Origin: Desulfurococcales archaeon
GTDB lineage: Archaea > Thermoproteota > Thermoprotei_A > Sulfolobales > Desulfurococcaceae
Assembly (NCBI GenBank): GCA_027022365.1
Contig: JALVYU010000007.1
Location: forward strand, 96,001-160,000
DNA: 64,000 nucleotides
Direction: 5' to 3'
Below the pieces are notes generated by a model. It was not told where the DNA came from. It saw only the letters and a list, made by a program, of their open reading frames with translations, and did no database searches. A program made the position numbers and the translations under genes. Below, one piece after another: positions 40,010 through 51,052 of the stretch (positions are counted from its first letter, which is position 1; every line of letters starts with the position of its first letter).

Positions 40010-40132
40010 TCGTTTTATATAATTTGACAATGTAACATGTTGTATCGCAGGACTTGAATTATTGGTAACTGTTTGTTCTTAGGATAACTAGTTAATCCTC
40101 TATAGACAAAGTATTAACCTAGAGGTGAGAGC

Positions 40133-41083
40133 TTGTCCAGGAGAGGATTAGGGCCGTCAAGGGGGGTACCCCGTAGACCTGAGAGACACAGATGGCTTCG
40201 AAGCGATGGAAAACCGAACTTTGAAGACCGGATATACAAGACCACCGAGGAAATGGAGATATTAGCCAAGAGACCCGTAGAGACAATATCTCCGCAGTCA
40301 CCGATCCTTGAAGCAGTCGAGAAGATGTCTAAGGGCTACAGAAGCCTCGTAGTAGAACAATCTGGATATCTTCGAGGTTTGCTCCTTCTATCACACATAA
40401 TCAACTACTTAGGAGGCGGCGATTATTACAACATAGTTAAGGAGAGATACAACTACAACATATACCAAGCGCTTAACAAAGAGAAAGTCGAAACACTTAT
40501 GATAAAAGACCCTATAGTGGCCTACATCGATGAAAAAATTCCGGATGTGCTGGAGAAAATGGTTCTTAATGAAGTAGGTATTATACCAGTCGTGCTCAGG
40601 GACGGTAAAGTATACGGTATCATAACGGAGCACGACTTACTAAAGTACTTCATAAGCGGGGTCAAAATAGGCGTCACGGTGTCCGATGTAATGTCGTCCC
40701 CCGTCATAACGATAGAGTCCGGCTCGCCATTAATAGATGCGATGAAGAAAATGATCAAGTACGGCTTCAGACGTATCCCCGTCGTGGGAGGCAACGTCGT
40801 CCTAGGCATAATCACAGCCATGGATGTAGTAAAGTACTTTGGAACCCATGAGGCATTCAAGCATGCTCCCTCCGGCAACATTGAGGAAGCCCTATCGATA
40901 CCTGTTGATGACCTAATGGTCAGAGAACTAGTGACGGCCAGACCAGACGAGGATCTGGGCGATGTTGCCCAGAGAATGGCTGAGAGGAATGTGGGCTCGG
41001 CCCTCGTGGTTAACGATAAAATGGAGCTCATAGGCATAATAACAGAGCGGGACATACTCTACGCTGTAACGGCTAAACACTAG
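40133..41083 (+). CDS. CBS-domain protein (four CBS repeats)
   Basis: Four CBS repeats; Arg-rich N-terminal extension. Confidence 0.88.
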   Translation: MSRRGLGPSRGVPRRPERHRWLRSDGKPNFEDRIYKTTEEMEILAKRPVETISPQSPILEAVEKMSKGYRSLVVEQSGYLRGLLLLSHIINYLGGGDYYNIVKERYNYNIYQALNKEKVETLMIKDPIVAYIDEKIPDVLEKMVLNEVGIIPVVLRDGKVYGIITEHDLLKYFISGVKIGVTVSDVMSSPVITIESGSPLIDAMKKMIKYGFRRIPVVGGNVVLGIITAMDVVKYFGTHEAFKHAPSGNIEEALSIPVDDLMVRELVTARPDEDLGDVAQRMAERNVGSALVVNDKMELIGIITERDILYAVTAKH

Positions 41084-41103
41084 TTTAGCCGGGTGGTTCA
41101 TCT

Positions 41104-41946
41104 ATGGCGAGAGTAGTTAATGATCTAATACGAGAAGACGTACCACGCATAGATAAGAACGACACACTCTATCACGCTTTTAAACTAATCGAGAAAAGCG
41201 GCATCGACAAAGTCATTGTACTAGAGAACAGGATTATAACGCCCGGCAAAGAGGTGAAAACGCTTGCCGGTATTATGACCAGTAGGGACATTGTACTCAA
41301 GCTGGCAACCCAGAGGCTAAGCAGAACTACGCCTGGTAGACTACATGTTGCGAGCTTTATGAACTCGCCAGCCATAACAATCGGGCCAGATAAATCCGTT
41401 TTGGAGGCCGCGAACCTTATGATTAGCAAGAAAATCGGTATCCTACCCGTCGTGAGCGGAGGAAATGTCGTTGGCGCCATACTAAAAACAGATATAGCCA
41501 GGCTACTCGAGCAAGACGATACAGAGGTAAGAACAATAATGGACGCATCACCAGTACTTGCTAGAACAACTGATAGGGTAGTGAAGGTCAGGCAGGACAT
41601 GCTAGCCACAGACACCAGCTTTGTACCAGTCCTTGACGAGAACGATGAACTAGTGGGATACGTAACGATATATGATCTAGCATACGCCTTCATGAAATTT
41701 GAAGACATTGTTCCCTCGAAATACAAGAAAGAGAGAATAACACACCTCATCATCGAAGATATTATGAGGTTCCGGCCGCCAAAACTTAGACTAACCGACA
41801 CGGTATCACAGGCTGTTGCAGAAATAATGAAGAAGGATAGCAGAGGAGCCGTAGTCATAGACGAGATTGGTAAAGTTGCTGGTGTTGTCACGATCGACAT
41901 ACTGCTGAAACACTTGGTAACTAATAAACAAGAGCTCCTGAGCTGA
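41104..41946 (+). CDS. CBS-domain protein (four CBS repeats)
   Basis: GIMTSRD, GYVTIYD and GVVTID repeats. Confidence 0.88.
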   Translation: MARVVNDLIREDVPRIDKNDTLYHAFKLIEKSGIDKVIVLENRIITPGKEVKTLAGIMTSRDIVLKLATQRLSRTTPGRLHVASFMNSPAITIGPDKSVLEAANLMISKKIGILPVVSGGNVVGAILKTDIARLLEQDDTEVRTIMDASPVLARTTDRVVKVRQDMLATDTSFVPVLDENDELVGYVTIYDLAYAFMKFEDIVPSKYKKERITHLIIEDIMRFRPPKLRLTDTVSQAVAEIMKKDSRGAVVIDEIGKVAGVVTIDILLKHLVTNKQELLS

Positions 41947-41997
41947 TCAGACTCGAATGCTTCTTTTCTAATAAACATATAGCTCCGAGGTAATATT

Positions 41998-42522
41998 TTG
42001 GAAGAAGTTAGATTCATCGTCGATTCTATGCTTGGGAACGTTGCGCGATGGCTACGCATGCTAGGCTATGACACCTTATATAACAGAGCATACAAGGACT
42101 GGAAAATACTGTATCTCGCCGAGAAAGAAAATAGGATAATAATCACTAGGGACAGAGGGCTTCATCACCGTGCCGTTAATAGGGGCCTACGGAGCCTGTA
42201 CCTCTATATGGATGATATGGCTGAAAGACTAGCATATATTGCGTACCATACAGGCATTAGGCTCTACATTGATCTAGACAAATCCCGGTGCCCAGTATGC
42301 AATGGTGAGCTAAAGAAAGTGAACAAGGAAGCCGTCAAAGGCCGTGTCCCTAAGAAGGTCTATGAACTACATTATGATTTCTGGGAATGCACCAGGTGTG
42401 GGAAAATATATTGGGTTGGCGGGCACTGGAAAGGAATAGAGGAAACACTGAAGAAAGCCCGGCAGGTTCTTGAGAAAATGAAAACTGGTGGAGTTTCCTG
42501 TTTCATGGAGGGAATAATATGA
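41998..42522 (+). CDS. Mut7-C (PIN-like) RNase domain protein
   Basis: [26 protein letters not shown] and C..CGKIYW.G.H motifs. Confidence 0.9.
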   Translation: MEEVRFIVDSMLGNVARWLRMLGYDTLYNRAYKDWKILYLAEKENRIIITRDRGLHHRAVNRGLRSLYLYMDDMAERLAYIAYHTGIRLYIDLDKSRCPVCNGELKKVNKEAVKGRVPKKVYELHYDFWECTRCGKIYWVGGHWKGIEETLKKARQVLEKMKTGGVSCFMEGII

Positions 42523-43202
42523 CCTCCCCCGTACACCCACGTGAGCTAAGCCTCGAAGAAGGGATATACGCGGTAAAGCTCGCGAGAAGAGCGATTAGAG
42601 AGAAGCTCGTCAACAACAGAGTAATAACTCTACCTCCTGATGCGCCATTAATTTTCAAGAGGCCCGGAATGGTATTTACAACAATAGAAACTTATCACGG
42701 AGAAAACATGACGGAGCTTCGGGGATGTATAGGTTTCTTAGCGCCTATATATTCGCTAGGCGAAGCCATCATTAGATCGGCTATTGAGGCCGCTATTAAT
42801 GATCCTCGTTTCCCTCCGATGACGAGTGAAGAATTAGACCATGTAGTTATAGAGGTCACGGTATTATCTGAGCCTCTTCCCTTCGACGTCGAGGATCGGA
42901 GGGAACTTCCTAAACACATAATTATCGGTAAACATGGTCTTGTGGTGGAAAAAGCGTGGTTTAGAGGTACGCTCCTCCCTATGGTTCCGGTGGAGTATTG
43001 CTGGGACGAGGAAACCTTCCTTGCTGAGACATGCATAAAGGCGGGATTAGAACCTGATTGCTGGCTGGACAACTCGACAAGGGTGTATTATTACGAAGGA
43101 AGAGCTTTCAAGGAGCTAAGACCTGGTGGTGAAATTATTGAGAGAGATTTAAACCGCGAATATATAGAGCTATGTAAGAAGAACTCAAATACTGGACGAT
43201 AA
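42519..43202 (+). CDS. AMMECR1-family protein
   Basis: LRGCIG, DPRFPP, G.HGL, LLP.V and C.KAG motifs. Confidence 0.92.
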   Translation: MTSPVHPRELSLEEGIYAVKLARRAIREKLVNNRVITLPPDAPLIFKRPGMVFTTIETYHGENMTELRGCIGFLAPIYSLGEAIIRSAIEAAINDPRFPPMTSEELDHVVIEVTVLSEPLPFDVEDRRELPKHIIIGKHGLVVEKAWFRGTLLPMVPVEYCWDEETFLAETCIKAGLEPDCWLDNSTRVYYYEGRAFKELRPGGEIIERDLNREYIELCKKNSNTGR

Positions 43203-43961
43203 TAAGCAGACCGAGCCCTTATGGAGAATCCTATATTTTATGCCCGATAATTTTTCAAGTAGTACTCTTATGAACTCGCAATAAGTATCGCTTGGACAAC
43301 CACATGTTATCTCAACGAATTGGGTACCCTTGTCGTACCATTTCCTGATAACTTTGCCAAGCCCAAGAACCGTTATTGTATCGATCAGTAGATCTCTGTC
43401 CTTAACATCCATTCCTAGGCGATTCTTGATTAAATCGACAAGTGAATCAATAATAGCCCCTGCATAATCCGAGTCTATTCTGCATAACGTCTTGAGAGGA
43501 ATTAATGACATAGTCTCTCTACCTATCTCTATAGGAAAAAGCCAGGGATTTACGATGTAACCGCGGCTCGAGGGTTCGGCGGCTTTGAGTACATCGATGT
43601 ATAGAAGATCGTTGAGAGACACAAGTTTATCTGTTAAAGCCCATATACTATCTTTGTTTTTAGACGACAAAATGCATGTGAGGTAAGGGCTTGATTTAAA
43701 ACGTATGTAACAATCGATTAATCTTGTATTTTCAGTATCATTTATCATCTGTATTGCATTGAGTAGAGTCTCGATCTTTCCTACTAAGCGAATGCAGAAT
43801 AAATTTTCATTACTCATTAGTAAGGGCGATGGTTTTTCAAAATATGTTGGCTTGTAAACTGTTTTTCCAGGAACACCTCTAAGCCTTCTCTCCAAAAGTA
43901 GTGATTCAACATAGTCCTTAAAACGATGAGTAAATATGCCCTCTTCACCCATACTGGGCAC
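43185..43961 (-). CDS. Hypothetical protein (possibly degenerate ACT + V4R)
   Basis: 'LGLGK...C....CEFIRVLLE' resembles V4R; weak match. Confidence 0.5.
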   Translation of the reverse strand: MPSMGEEGIFTHRFKDYVESLLLERRLRGVPGKTVYKPTYFEKPSPLLMSNENLFCIRLVGKIETLLNAIQMINDTENTRLIDCYIRFKSSPYLTCILSSKNKDSIWALTDKLVSLNDLLYIDVLKAAEPSSRGYIVNPWLFPIEIGRETMSLIPLKTLCRIDSDYAGAIIDSLVDLIKNRLGMDVKDRDLLIDTITVLGLGKVIRKWYDKGTQFVEITCGCPSDTYCEFIRVLLEKLSGIKYRILHKGSVCLLSSSI

Positions 43962-44093
43962 CTTGTCTCAGTATTTATAGTTATGACATAGGTTATGCTT
44001 AAGTATAATTTTTGTTTCTTAATGTGCAGAGGCTATTATAATCTGTTCACCTCATATTATCACCATGATACTATATACTGGGGTGTGTCTGAA

Positions 44094-44921
44094 TTGAAGC
44101 TCTCAATCAATGCATTGCTTACTTTTCCCGTAGAGAGAACAATCACCGAGATCGCCGAATTCATACGAAGATATGTTGAAGCCGCTGGTGCTGACGGTGC
44201 GGTTGTTGGTGTTAGTGGAGGCATAGACTCCTCAGTGGCTTTGGCATTAGCGGTCAAAGCTCTTGGAAAAGAGCATGTGACCGCTCTAATTCTTCCCGAT
44301 AGAAGGGCAACACCCAATCAAGACGTGGACGATGCACTGACTCTGGTGAAGCTTTTCGATGTAGGATATCATTTGATCTATATTGATGATATCGTTGATG
44401 CATTCTCCAAAATACCGTTCTTCGACCCCGACAACAATATAGCTACTGGAAATCTTAGAGCAAGAGTGAGAATGAATATTCTTTACTATTTTGCTAATAG
44501 ATTCAATAATCTCGTTTTGGGAACGGGTGATAGGAGCGAGATATTGATCGGTTATTTCACCAAGTATGGAGACGGCGCTGTAGATCTATTACCCCTCGCG
44601 TGTCTATACAAGACCCAAGTTAGACATATAGCGCAATGGTTGGGCGTGCTTGAGCGCATAATAAAGAAGCCTAGTAGCCCGAGACTCTGGCCTGGCCATC
44701 TAGCCGAAAAAGAACTTGGCATGAAATATGAGGATATAGACCTAATTCTCTATGGATTATTCGATCTAGGATTAACAGAGGAACAATTATCGGAACTTGC
44801 AGGTATACGTCTAGAACTTATTGAACGTGTGATAACTCTTCATAGGAGGAGTAGACATAAGCGTGGATTCCCGCCATATCCTAGGTTAACTTGGATCAGG
44901 GAACCATTGAAGGAGCTCTGA
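44094..44921 (+). CDS. nadE: NH3-dependent NAD+ synthetase
   Basis: SGGIDS, GNLRARVRM, GYFTKYGDG and PSSPRL motifs. TTG start chosen after SD GGGGTG. Confidence 0.93.
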   Translation: MKLSINALLTFPVERTITEIAEFIRRYVEAAGADGAVVGVSGGIDSSVALALAVKALGKEHVTALILPDRRATPNQDVDDALTLVKLFDVGYHLIYIDDIVDAFSKIPFFDPDNNIATGNLRARVRMNILYYFANRFNNLVLGTGDRSEILIGYFTKYGDGAVDLLPLACLYKTQVRHIAQWLGVLERIIKKPSSPRLWPGHLAEKELGMKYEDIDLILYGLFDLGLTEEQLSELAGIRLELIERVITLHRRSRHKRGFPPYPRLTWIREPLKEL

Positions 44922-44954
44922 TGTGCCAAAGTTTTTCATAACTACAAATCACAA

Positions 44955-45497
44955 CTACAAACTGGTTATTTTGATTTTCATAGTATTCTTATCCTGGAAG
45001 ATATCTAGATTTGCTCTCTCGACATACACCCATACTGCGGGAAAAGGCCATGTAATAAGGTTTATAATTGATTTTACATTTACTGTTATTACCGCCCTTT
45101 CTGATCTTATGTTTAAGTTATCATCTATGAATATTTGTACACCATCCTTATCTCCCCATATTCTCAATTTTAAGGGAATTAATACGGCTTTTACCCTGTC
45201 TTTTTCCTTATTTATTTTCTTGAAAGTATCGTTGATTATCTTCTCATCTACAAAATTCTTATCATAGACTACTATGGTTCCGTTCTCTTCACGTATTACT
45301 GGTAACTTGTCGAACCAGGCATTTAGACCTAAACTATCACGGTAGATCTCTATAAGCGCCCTGTCACAGCCCCTTAGGTATGCATGACTAGTGTGATAAT
45401 CACGCCCAGCTACGCTAATTCTCCCTTTCTCAACCCTTACGTTTATACTGGCTTCCTCGATTTTCTTCGGTAGGAATTTCTTTTTCACTCTTGCCAC
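44955..45497 (-). CDS. Hypothetical protein
   Basis: 180-aa ORF; no family recognised. Confidence 0.6.
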   Translation of the reverse strand: MARVKKKFLPKKIEEASINVRVEKGRISVAGRDYHTSHAYLRGCDRALIEIYRDSLGLNAWFDKLPVIREENGTIVVYDKNFVDEKIINDTFKKINKEKDRVKAVLIPLKLRIWGDKDGVQIFIDDNLNIRSERAVITVNVKSIINLITWPFPAVWVYVERANLDIFQDKNTMKIKITSL

Positions 45498-45562
45498 CCC
45501 GAATAGATTTGTAGTCTAGCCTTAATACTCTATTCTACATTTCACTAGATAAGGGGAGCACT

Positions 45563-46225
45563 ATGAGAATTTTAGCACTAACCGATATACATGGCAGGAT
45601 TTCTAAGACTAAAAAGATTCTTGCCTCCGTTAGAGAAGTAGATATAGTAATAGTGGCTGGAGACATAACTCATTTTGAGCCATGGGAAAAAGCCGTTGAA
45701 ATACTCGAGATACTACGGGAGTCTTCTAATGCTACAGTACTTTTTGTACCTGGTAATTGCGACGATCCAGAGCTTCTAAATTATGAGGACAAAGATAATG
45801 TGATTATAAACATTCACGGCAAATCCTATGGCTTAAACAACTATATTGTGTTCGGTATAGGTGGAAGTAACCCGACACCCTTCGGTACACCTATCGAGTT
45901 CCCTGAGGAAAAAATCTCGGAAATACTCGACAAGTTTGAAGAAGATACAAGCGGACGTAGCATCATTATGGTCACCCATGCACCGATCCATGGTATCAAT
46001 GATAAAATTATGGATGTACACGTTGGCTCAAAAGCACTCCGTGATTTTTTAGAAAAGCATTCAGATAAGATAAGCCTGTGGATTACTGGTCATCTACACG
46101 AATACAGGTATGCTACAAACTATAATGGTACGATCATAATTAACCCGGGGCCTGCTATGCATGGATATTATGGATTAATCGAAGTAAGCCGTGAACGAGT
46201 AAAAGCATATCTAGGCAGTATATGA
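45563..46225 (+). CDS. Calcineurin-like metallophosphoesterase
   Basis: DIHG, GDIT, GNCD, THAP, GHLHE and NPG motifs. Confidence 0.88.
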   Translation: MRILALTDIHGRISKTKKILASVREVDIVIVAGDITHFEPWEKAVEILEILRESSNATVLFVPGNCDDPELLNYEDKDNVIINIHGKSYGLNNYIVFGIGGSNPTPFGTPIEFPEEKISEILDKFEEDTSGRSIIMVTHAPIHGINDKIMDVHVGSKALRDFLEKHSDKISLWITGHLHEYRYATNYNGTIIINPGPAMHGYYGLIEVSRERVKAYLGSI

Positions 46226-46238
46226 GTAACAATTTGTT

Positions 46239-47024
46239 TTAACCAAAGAGCTCTGGATAATCATTTATGAATGAATACAGATCCTTGGCTACATATGTCG
46301 GCATATAAGGCGATGATTCAAGATCCTCCGGCTTCGAAGTGCCTGTCAGCACTAACAACGTATCCACACCAGCACGGTTGCCCAGGGCAATATCCGTGTC
46401 CAGCCTATCACCTATAACTAGGACTTCTTCTTTGTTTGTAGATTTAATCGCGAGATCGAGTATCCAAGTGTTTGGTTTGCCAGCGTTAAAATCCGGTTTT
46501 CTACCAGTAGCTCTTACTATCATCTCAACTATTGACCCGGCACCAGGATCAACCCCATCTTCCACGGGTAGTGTCGAGTCAGTGTTTGCAACAACAAATA
46601 CTGCTCCTCCGCTAATCATTCTTGAGGCTACTCTAACTTTACTATACGTCACGTGCCTATCAAGACCCACGATGACGTAATTGGCTATCATATCCTGTGA
46701 AACAGGGATCAATTCGTTGACTACTGCTTCATAATAAAGACCTGCTTCGCCTATGATGAACACGAACCTGCCACCTTGTTCGCTTATCCATCTGGTTGCT
46801 GCATAGGCGGAAGTAATAACGTCGTCTATACTGGCTTGCAGACCTAGTTTTCTAAGAATTTCCACGTATTCTGGCCGCGACTTGGTTGCGTTATTCGTTA
46901 GATACTTTACCTTAACGCCTCTGGCGATCAGTTGATTCAACGCCATTATGTTCTGTTTTAATGGTTTACCCCCTCTCCATACTACTCCATCGAGATCAGT
47001 TACGATAAGTCTATATTTTCTCAT
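46239..47024 (-). CDS. HAD-IIA (NagD-like) phosphatase
   Basis: DLDGV, TNN, GKP and GDRLDTD motifs. Confidence 0.9.
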   Translation of the reverse strand: MRKYRLIVTDLDGVVWRGGKPLKQNIMALNQLIARGVKVKYLTNNATKSRPEYVEILRKLGLQASIDDVITSAYAATRWISEQGGRFVFIIGEAGLYYEAVVNELIPVSQDMIANYVIVGLDRHVTYSKVRVASRMISGGAVFVVANTDSTLPVEDGVDPGAGSIVEMIVRATGRKPDFNAGKPNTWILDLAIKSTNKEEVLVIGDRLDTDIALGNRAGVDTLLVLTGTSKPEDLESSPYMPTYVAKDLYSFINDYPELFG

Positions 47025-47311
47025 AGAATGTTCGCCTCTATTTTCATGAGAATCTTCTTCGCTAGGACTTCAGTGTTTTCTCCAAAAGCGTATAGTCCTC
47101 TCGGATCATATTCGAGCATTCTACACTCCATTGCCGGCACTTTATCTGCTTTCATGATCTTCGCATAGGGTGCTTTACCTGTCAGGGAAATACATAAAAC
47201 ATAGTCTTCGCCGGCATACCGTGCTATGCACATAATGTATTTGCCCTGGTCCTCGCACAAGATTTTGTCAAAATATTTTGATAAAACAGTCCTGATACTC
47301 ATAAGGATCAC
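47021..47311 (-). CDS. Hypothetical protein
   Basis: 96-aa ORF in an operon-like run. Confidence 0.6.
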   Translation of the reverse strand: MILMSIRTVLSKYFDKILCEDQGKYIMCIARYAGEDYVLCISLTGKAPYAKIMKADKVPAMECRMLEYDPRGLYAFGENTEVLAKKILMKIEANIL

Positions 47312-47328
47312 TCGTAGTTAGAAAAACA

Positions 47329-47568
47329 TCAGGCAAGATAGAGTTTCTTCCTCACTTCATCAGGTACGTCGTCTTCTCTCAAGATATAGTGTGATAGTGG
47401 AGCTTCCTTTGTTTTAGGTCCGACGACCACATATCTCGTCGGATCGTTTATATCGAACGATTCCTCTTTCTTACCCTTCTTTTTGAGCCTTATGTTCAGT
47501 ACTCTTACCTTGACATACCATCCATCCTTCCTCTGTATGTAGATATATTTGCCGTGTTTACCGCCCAT
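47329..47568 (-). CDS. Small basic crenarchaeal protein (DUF5622-like)
   Basis: 'MGGKHGKYIYI.R.DGWYVKVRVL' pattern; SD GGTGA upstream. Confidence 0.65.
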   Translation of the reverse strand: MGGKHGKYIYIQRKDGWYVKVRVLNIRLKKKGKKEESFDINDPTRYVVVGPKTKEAPLSHYILREDDVPDEVRKKLYLA

Positions 47569-47635
47569 TAATAATCACCCATTCTTTCTGATTGGAGAAA
47601 AAGTGTTCATAGGCGAATATAAGGATTTATTTCCT

Positions 47636-48589
47636 CTATTTCTTCCAGGTATAGAATCTCCCTATCAAGTAGTTCAGAATAAATCCCGCAAGTATTCCAA
47701 AAGCAGCACTAACAATCACCTCGAAATGAAGTATACCTGTGAGTAGACCCATGGTTGCAGACTGGGCTAATAGGCTCCCGAGACTGGCTACATGATACTT
47801 GAGCCACCGCTTTATCCTCGATAATAGGCCTCTCTCCAATTCCAGGTCTCTGAAAGTCCATAGTTCGTGCAGGATGAAGTTCCAGGACAAGCTTATCTCG
47901 AAACCTGTATACGCCATGAGAAATAGGCCTAGCGGAGATGCGAGGAGAGCTGGATAATGTGTACTCAGGAATTGTATTGTGCCGAGATTAACTATTGCGC
48001 CTGAGAAGCCTACGAGGCCGAATTTGATAATGCGTAGCGGCTCATGTAGAGCTATTAGAAATGTCTTCGGTAGTCTGCCATATATAGTCAGTACGTAGTC
48101 ATATAGTGGTACATCGTATAGTACCTCAGCTATCCTTGTAGCCCTTTCTAAAAGATCATCGAGACTTGTTACATTATTGATTTTCTGGAGAAGATCCTTC
48201 CTAATAATCACTGCAAGGCTTGACTGGAGCTTACCACTCTTTAAAGGAATGGGGGATTTAGACAATGTAAGTAAGAGGCGTGAAAATGGAGACTTAGGCT
48301 TTCCTATCACGATGACTATGTCGTTGTCCTTAAACTCCTCGGCAATGCGGAGAATATCTCGTTTGTATGGGTAGAGTATGTCGGGCAGTATGATGTAGTA
48401 GTCAGCGTTGGCTTCACCTATTACATCATAAATCTCAGCAGGATCAACAGCATCCCTGTATTTCTTAAGCCCAAGTTTGCTCGTAAAATCCGATTTAATA
48501 ATGATCATCTTGTACATCATCGGTCTAAGTGGCACCTCGTAGTCTCTTATATTCTTCTCGCTACCATAAAATTTTCCTGTGATAAACAA
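47636..48589 (-). CDS. GtrA-domain membrane protein with divergent N-terminal domain
   Basis: 'KFGLVGFSGAIVNL', 'WNFILHELWTF' and 'NYLIGRFYTW' GtrA motifs. Confidence 0.75.
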   Translation of the reverse strand: MFITGKFYGSEKNIRDYEVPLRPMMYKMIIIKSDFTSKLGLKKYRDAVDPAEIYDVIGEANADYYIILPDILYPYKRDILRIAEEFKDNDIVIVIGKPKSPFSRLLLTLSKSPIPLKSGKLQSSLAVIIRKDLLQKINNVTSLDDLLERATRIAEVLYDVPLYDYVLTIYGRLPKTFLIALHEPLRIIKFGLVGFSGAIVNLGTIQFLSTHYPALLASPLGLFLMAYTGFEISLSWNFILHELWTFRDLELERGLLSRIKRWLKYHVASLGSLLAQSATMGLLTGILHFEVIVSAAFGILAGFILNYLIGRFYTWKK

Positions 48590-48598
48590 ATACTGTTA

Positions 48599-49282
48599 TT
48601 GGTGTCCACGAAGTTGAGACTAGATAACAAGAATTGTTCTGAGGAATGGTATAGGATAATTGAGGAAATCATGAGATGTACGAAGTGTATGCTTCATAAA
48701 ACTAGAAGGAACCCGGTGCCGGGCGAAGGTCCATGTAATGCAGAGATAATGCTTGTTGGAGAAGCTCCTGGCAGTAAAGAGGATGAGACGGGACGACCGT
48801 TTGTCGGAGCCGCTGGGCAATTCCTTACGGAATTATTGTCGATGGCTGGGCTCAGAAGAGAGGATGTATTTATCACGAATATCCTAAAATGCAGGCCTCC
48901 AAACAATAGAGACCCCGAGCCCGACGAGATAGAGGCGTGTAAGCCTTACCTGGTAAGACAGGTCAAGCTCGTCTCGCCTAAGATAATTGTCACCCTGGGA
49001 AGATATGCTGGTAAAACATTGCTAGGTGACGCTGGGATAAAATGGAGTAGTATGAGCAGAATGCATGGTAAGGTGTTCTCGGTAGAGCTATATGGGGTAA
49101 AGCTCAAAATTATGCCGACATATCATCCCGCAGCTGCCCTTTACTATCCTAAGCTTAAACCCGTTATAATAAAAGACTTCAAAGAAATCCTTAAAGGGCT
49201 TGTCGAGGAAATTGAGGAAGAAAAAGAAAGTACGGGAAGGAGCAAAAAGAGACATACCATTCTTGATTTTTTGAGCGGTTAA
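48599..49282 (+). CDS. udg: Family 4 uracil-DNA glycosylase
   Basis: C..C, GEAPG, GRPFVG, KCRPP.NR and HPAA motifs; PIP-like tail. Confidence 0.93.
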   Translation: MVSTKLRLDNKNCSEEWYRIIEEIMRCTKCMLHKTRRNPVPGEGPCNAEIMLVGEAPGSKEDETGRPFVGAAGQFLTELLSMAGLRREDVFITNILKCRPPNNRDPEPDEIEACKPYLVRQVKLVSPKIIVTLGRYAGKTLLGDAGIKWSSMSRMHGKVFSVELYGVKLKIMPTYHPAAALYYPKLKPVIIKDFKEILKGLVEEIEEEKESTGRSKKRHTILDFLSG

Positions 49283-51043
49283 TTAACCGTAATACTTCTT
49301 AATCGAGAAGCCAGCGAGAAACGCCCCCATCGATATGAGAATTATGGCTATAACATAAAATATCATCTGAGAGACCGGAGGAGACGTTGTTTCCGATCCT
49401 TGTAATAGGTGAATAGTTGAACCACCACATGATATACACGAATATACAGGCACCATATATAACGCCTTGTACATTGTTAACAATGTGAGCTCTGATGTTA
49501 GGAGACCATCTATCGTTGTAAGGTTCTCCATTTCAACAGCATATGTTCTGCCAATATCAACCGTTGTTAATGCCGATAGAATAGGTGTTCCTGACTCATA
49601 TAAAAGATAATTGGCGACCCTTGAAACAGTCTTGTTAAGTTCAACAACGTATTCTGGAGTCAAGTATGGCGAGAAGACAGGGGGTTGTAGGGAAAGAAGA
49701 TCCGATATTAGTATATACTGAATGTAGGCTAGCTTAGCCAATTTGACGAGAACATTGCCTATGTGGTTGATTGTGGATAGAACGTTTATTGTTTGGTTGC
49801 TGATATACTTCATGCTCATAAAGTAGTTAATTGTAATATTTGTGAAAGTATGCAGGGTCTTGTAGGTAGACAACAATGTATTGTAACTGATCATTTTCTT
49901 CTCTATTGATGGAATGCTAGCCCATTGTTTGGCTGTTATGATTCTTGCTAGGGCGAGCACTATTTGAAGGGGAGAACCTGTTGCTTTATATAGTTGGTAT
50001 GCATTCACCGCTATGGAGTATCTAATGAAAGCATTAATGTATATATCGATATTCCAAAGATTTAAATGTCTATACGTGTAATTGCCTAGTTTCTCCAGAT
50101 CCTTGATCGCTTGGGTATAATTTCCGTCGTACCATTTCTCGAGGTGTGCAAGTAGCTCCTTATACTTCGTAGGCGCTCTTTCTTCGAGATAAATGGCGTA
50201 TGCAGATAATGCGTCAATATATGATCTAAAGCCGTAGCTGGCCGCAGTATACCAGTCCCCTTTGTTGGAGTATTTTTCGCTTAACCTGTAGAATTTCCAC
50301 GCCTCACTAGCATATCCTGCAGGGAAAAGAGATAATATATTTCTTGTCAGGTTCAGAAACTCCTTTGTTGCATTAACAAAGAATGATTGATAATTAATTG
50401 TTCTCGGTACAATGATCTCCTGGGTAGAGCCTAGAAGCTTTGTTTTTGTTATGGTATTGTATGCCTCGTAAGCAGTTATAACAGGTATGTAGTTAGTGCC
50501 CGGTATCTTCTCTATGTAGGGTCCAAGAAATAATTGTATGTTCCTCTTAGATGTCGCCTCGTACTTTAGATCAATACCTGAGACATTTCCTACAATAGTA
50601 TTTGGCATCAATATGCCTGTTGCTGAGAAGTCTTCTGGAATAGGTGTATTGGTTAATATCGCTGCGAAGACCAGTGTAAAGGGTAATGTTGCACTTGTCC
50701 CAGCAATATCAGTGTCTTTTGGGAAAATTATCTCGTAGTTATATGAGGATTTTTCTCTCCCCGTCATAATCGATGCAAGACCTAATGCGTACTTGATCGA
50801 TAAGACTGTTGATACAGAGACTTTTCCACCAGGATCAACGATCCGAATATTACCGTTGCCGGGAAATACCTTGATTGTTACCGGAATTACGATCCCTGTG
50901 TTATTGCTGGTTACTGCAGCAAGGTACAGTTTCTCTATACGAATCGGGTAAACATTGAGCGATGATACCATGGTGAATGGTGTCAGCATTGATAGTATAA
51001 GGAGAAATGAAAATATGCATGAAAACATTGTAGGCATTCTCAT
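49283..51043 (-). CDS. Secreted/membrane-anchored Lon-like S16 protease
   Basis: Signal peptide, GTSA (Ser), 'ATG......VG.VSGI..K' (Lys), C-terminal TM segment. Confidence 0.75.
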   Translation of the reverse strand: MRMPTMFSCIFSFLLILSMLTPFTMVSSLNVYPIRIEKLYLAAVTSNNTGIVIPVTIKVFPGNGNIRIVDPGGKVSVSTVLSIKYALGLASIMTGREKSSYNYEIIFPKDTDIAGTSATLPFTLVFAAILTNTPIPEDFSATGILMPNTIVGNVSGIDLKYEATSKRNIQLFLGPYIEKIPGTNYIPVITAYEAYNTITKTKLLGSTQEIIVPRTINYQSFFVNATKEFLNLTRNILSLFPAGYASEAWKFYRLSEKYSNKGDWYTAASYGFRSYIDALSAYAIYLEERAPTKYKELLAHLEKWYDGNYTQAIKDLEKLGNYTYRHLNLWNIDIYINAFIRYSIAVNAYQLYKATGSPLQIVLALARIITAKQWASIPSIEKKMISYNTLLSTYKTLHTFTNITINYFMSMKYISNQTINVLSTINHIGNVLVKLAKLAYIQYILISDLLSLQPPVFSPYLTPEYVVELNKTVSRVANYLLYESGTPILSALTTVDIGRTYAVEMENLTTIDGLLTSELTLLTMYKALYMVPVYSCISCGGSTIHLLQGSETTSPPVSQMIFYVIAIILISMGAFLAGFSIKKYYG

Positions 51044-51052
51044 GGCTCATCC

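Noticed and set aside
41172-42059. 295-aa antisense ORF over a CBS gene
   Set aside because: Shadow frame with Ser/Thr-rich composition and no family signal.
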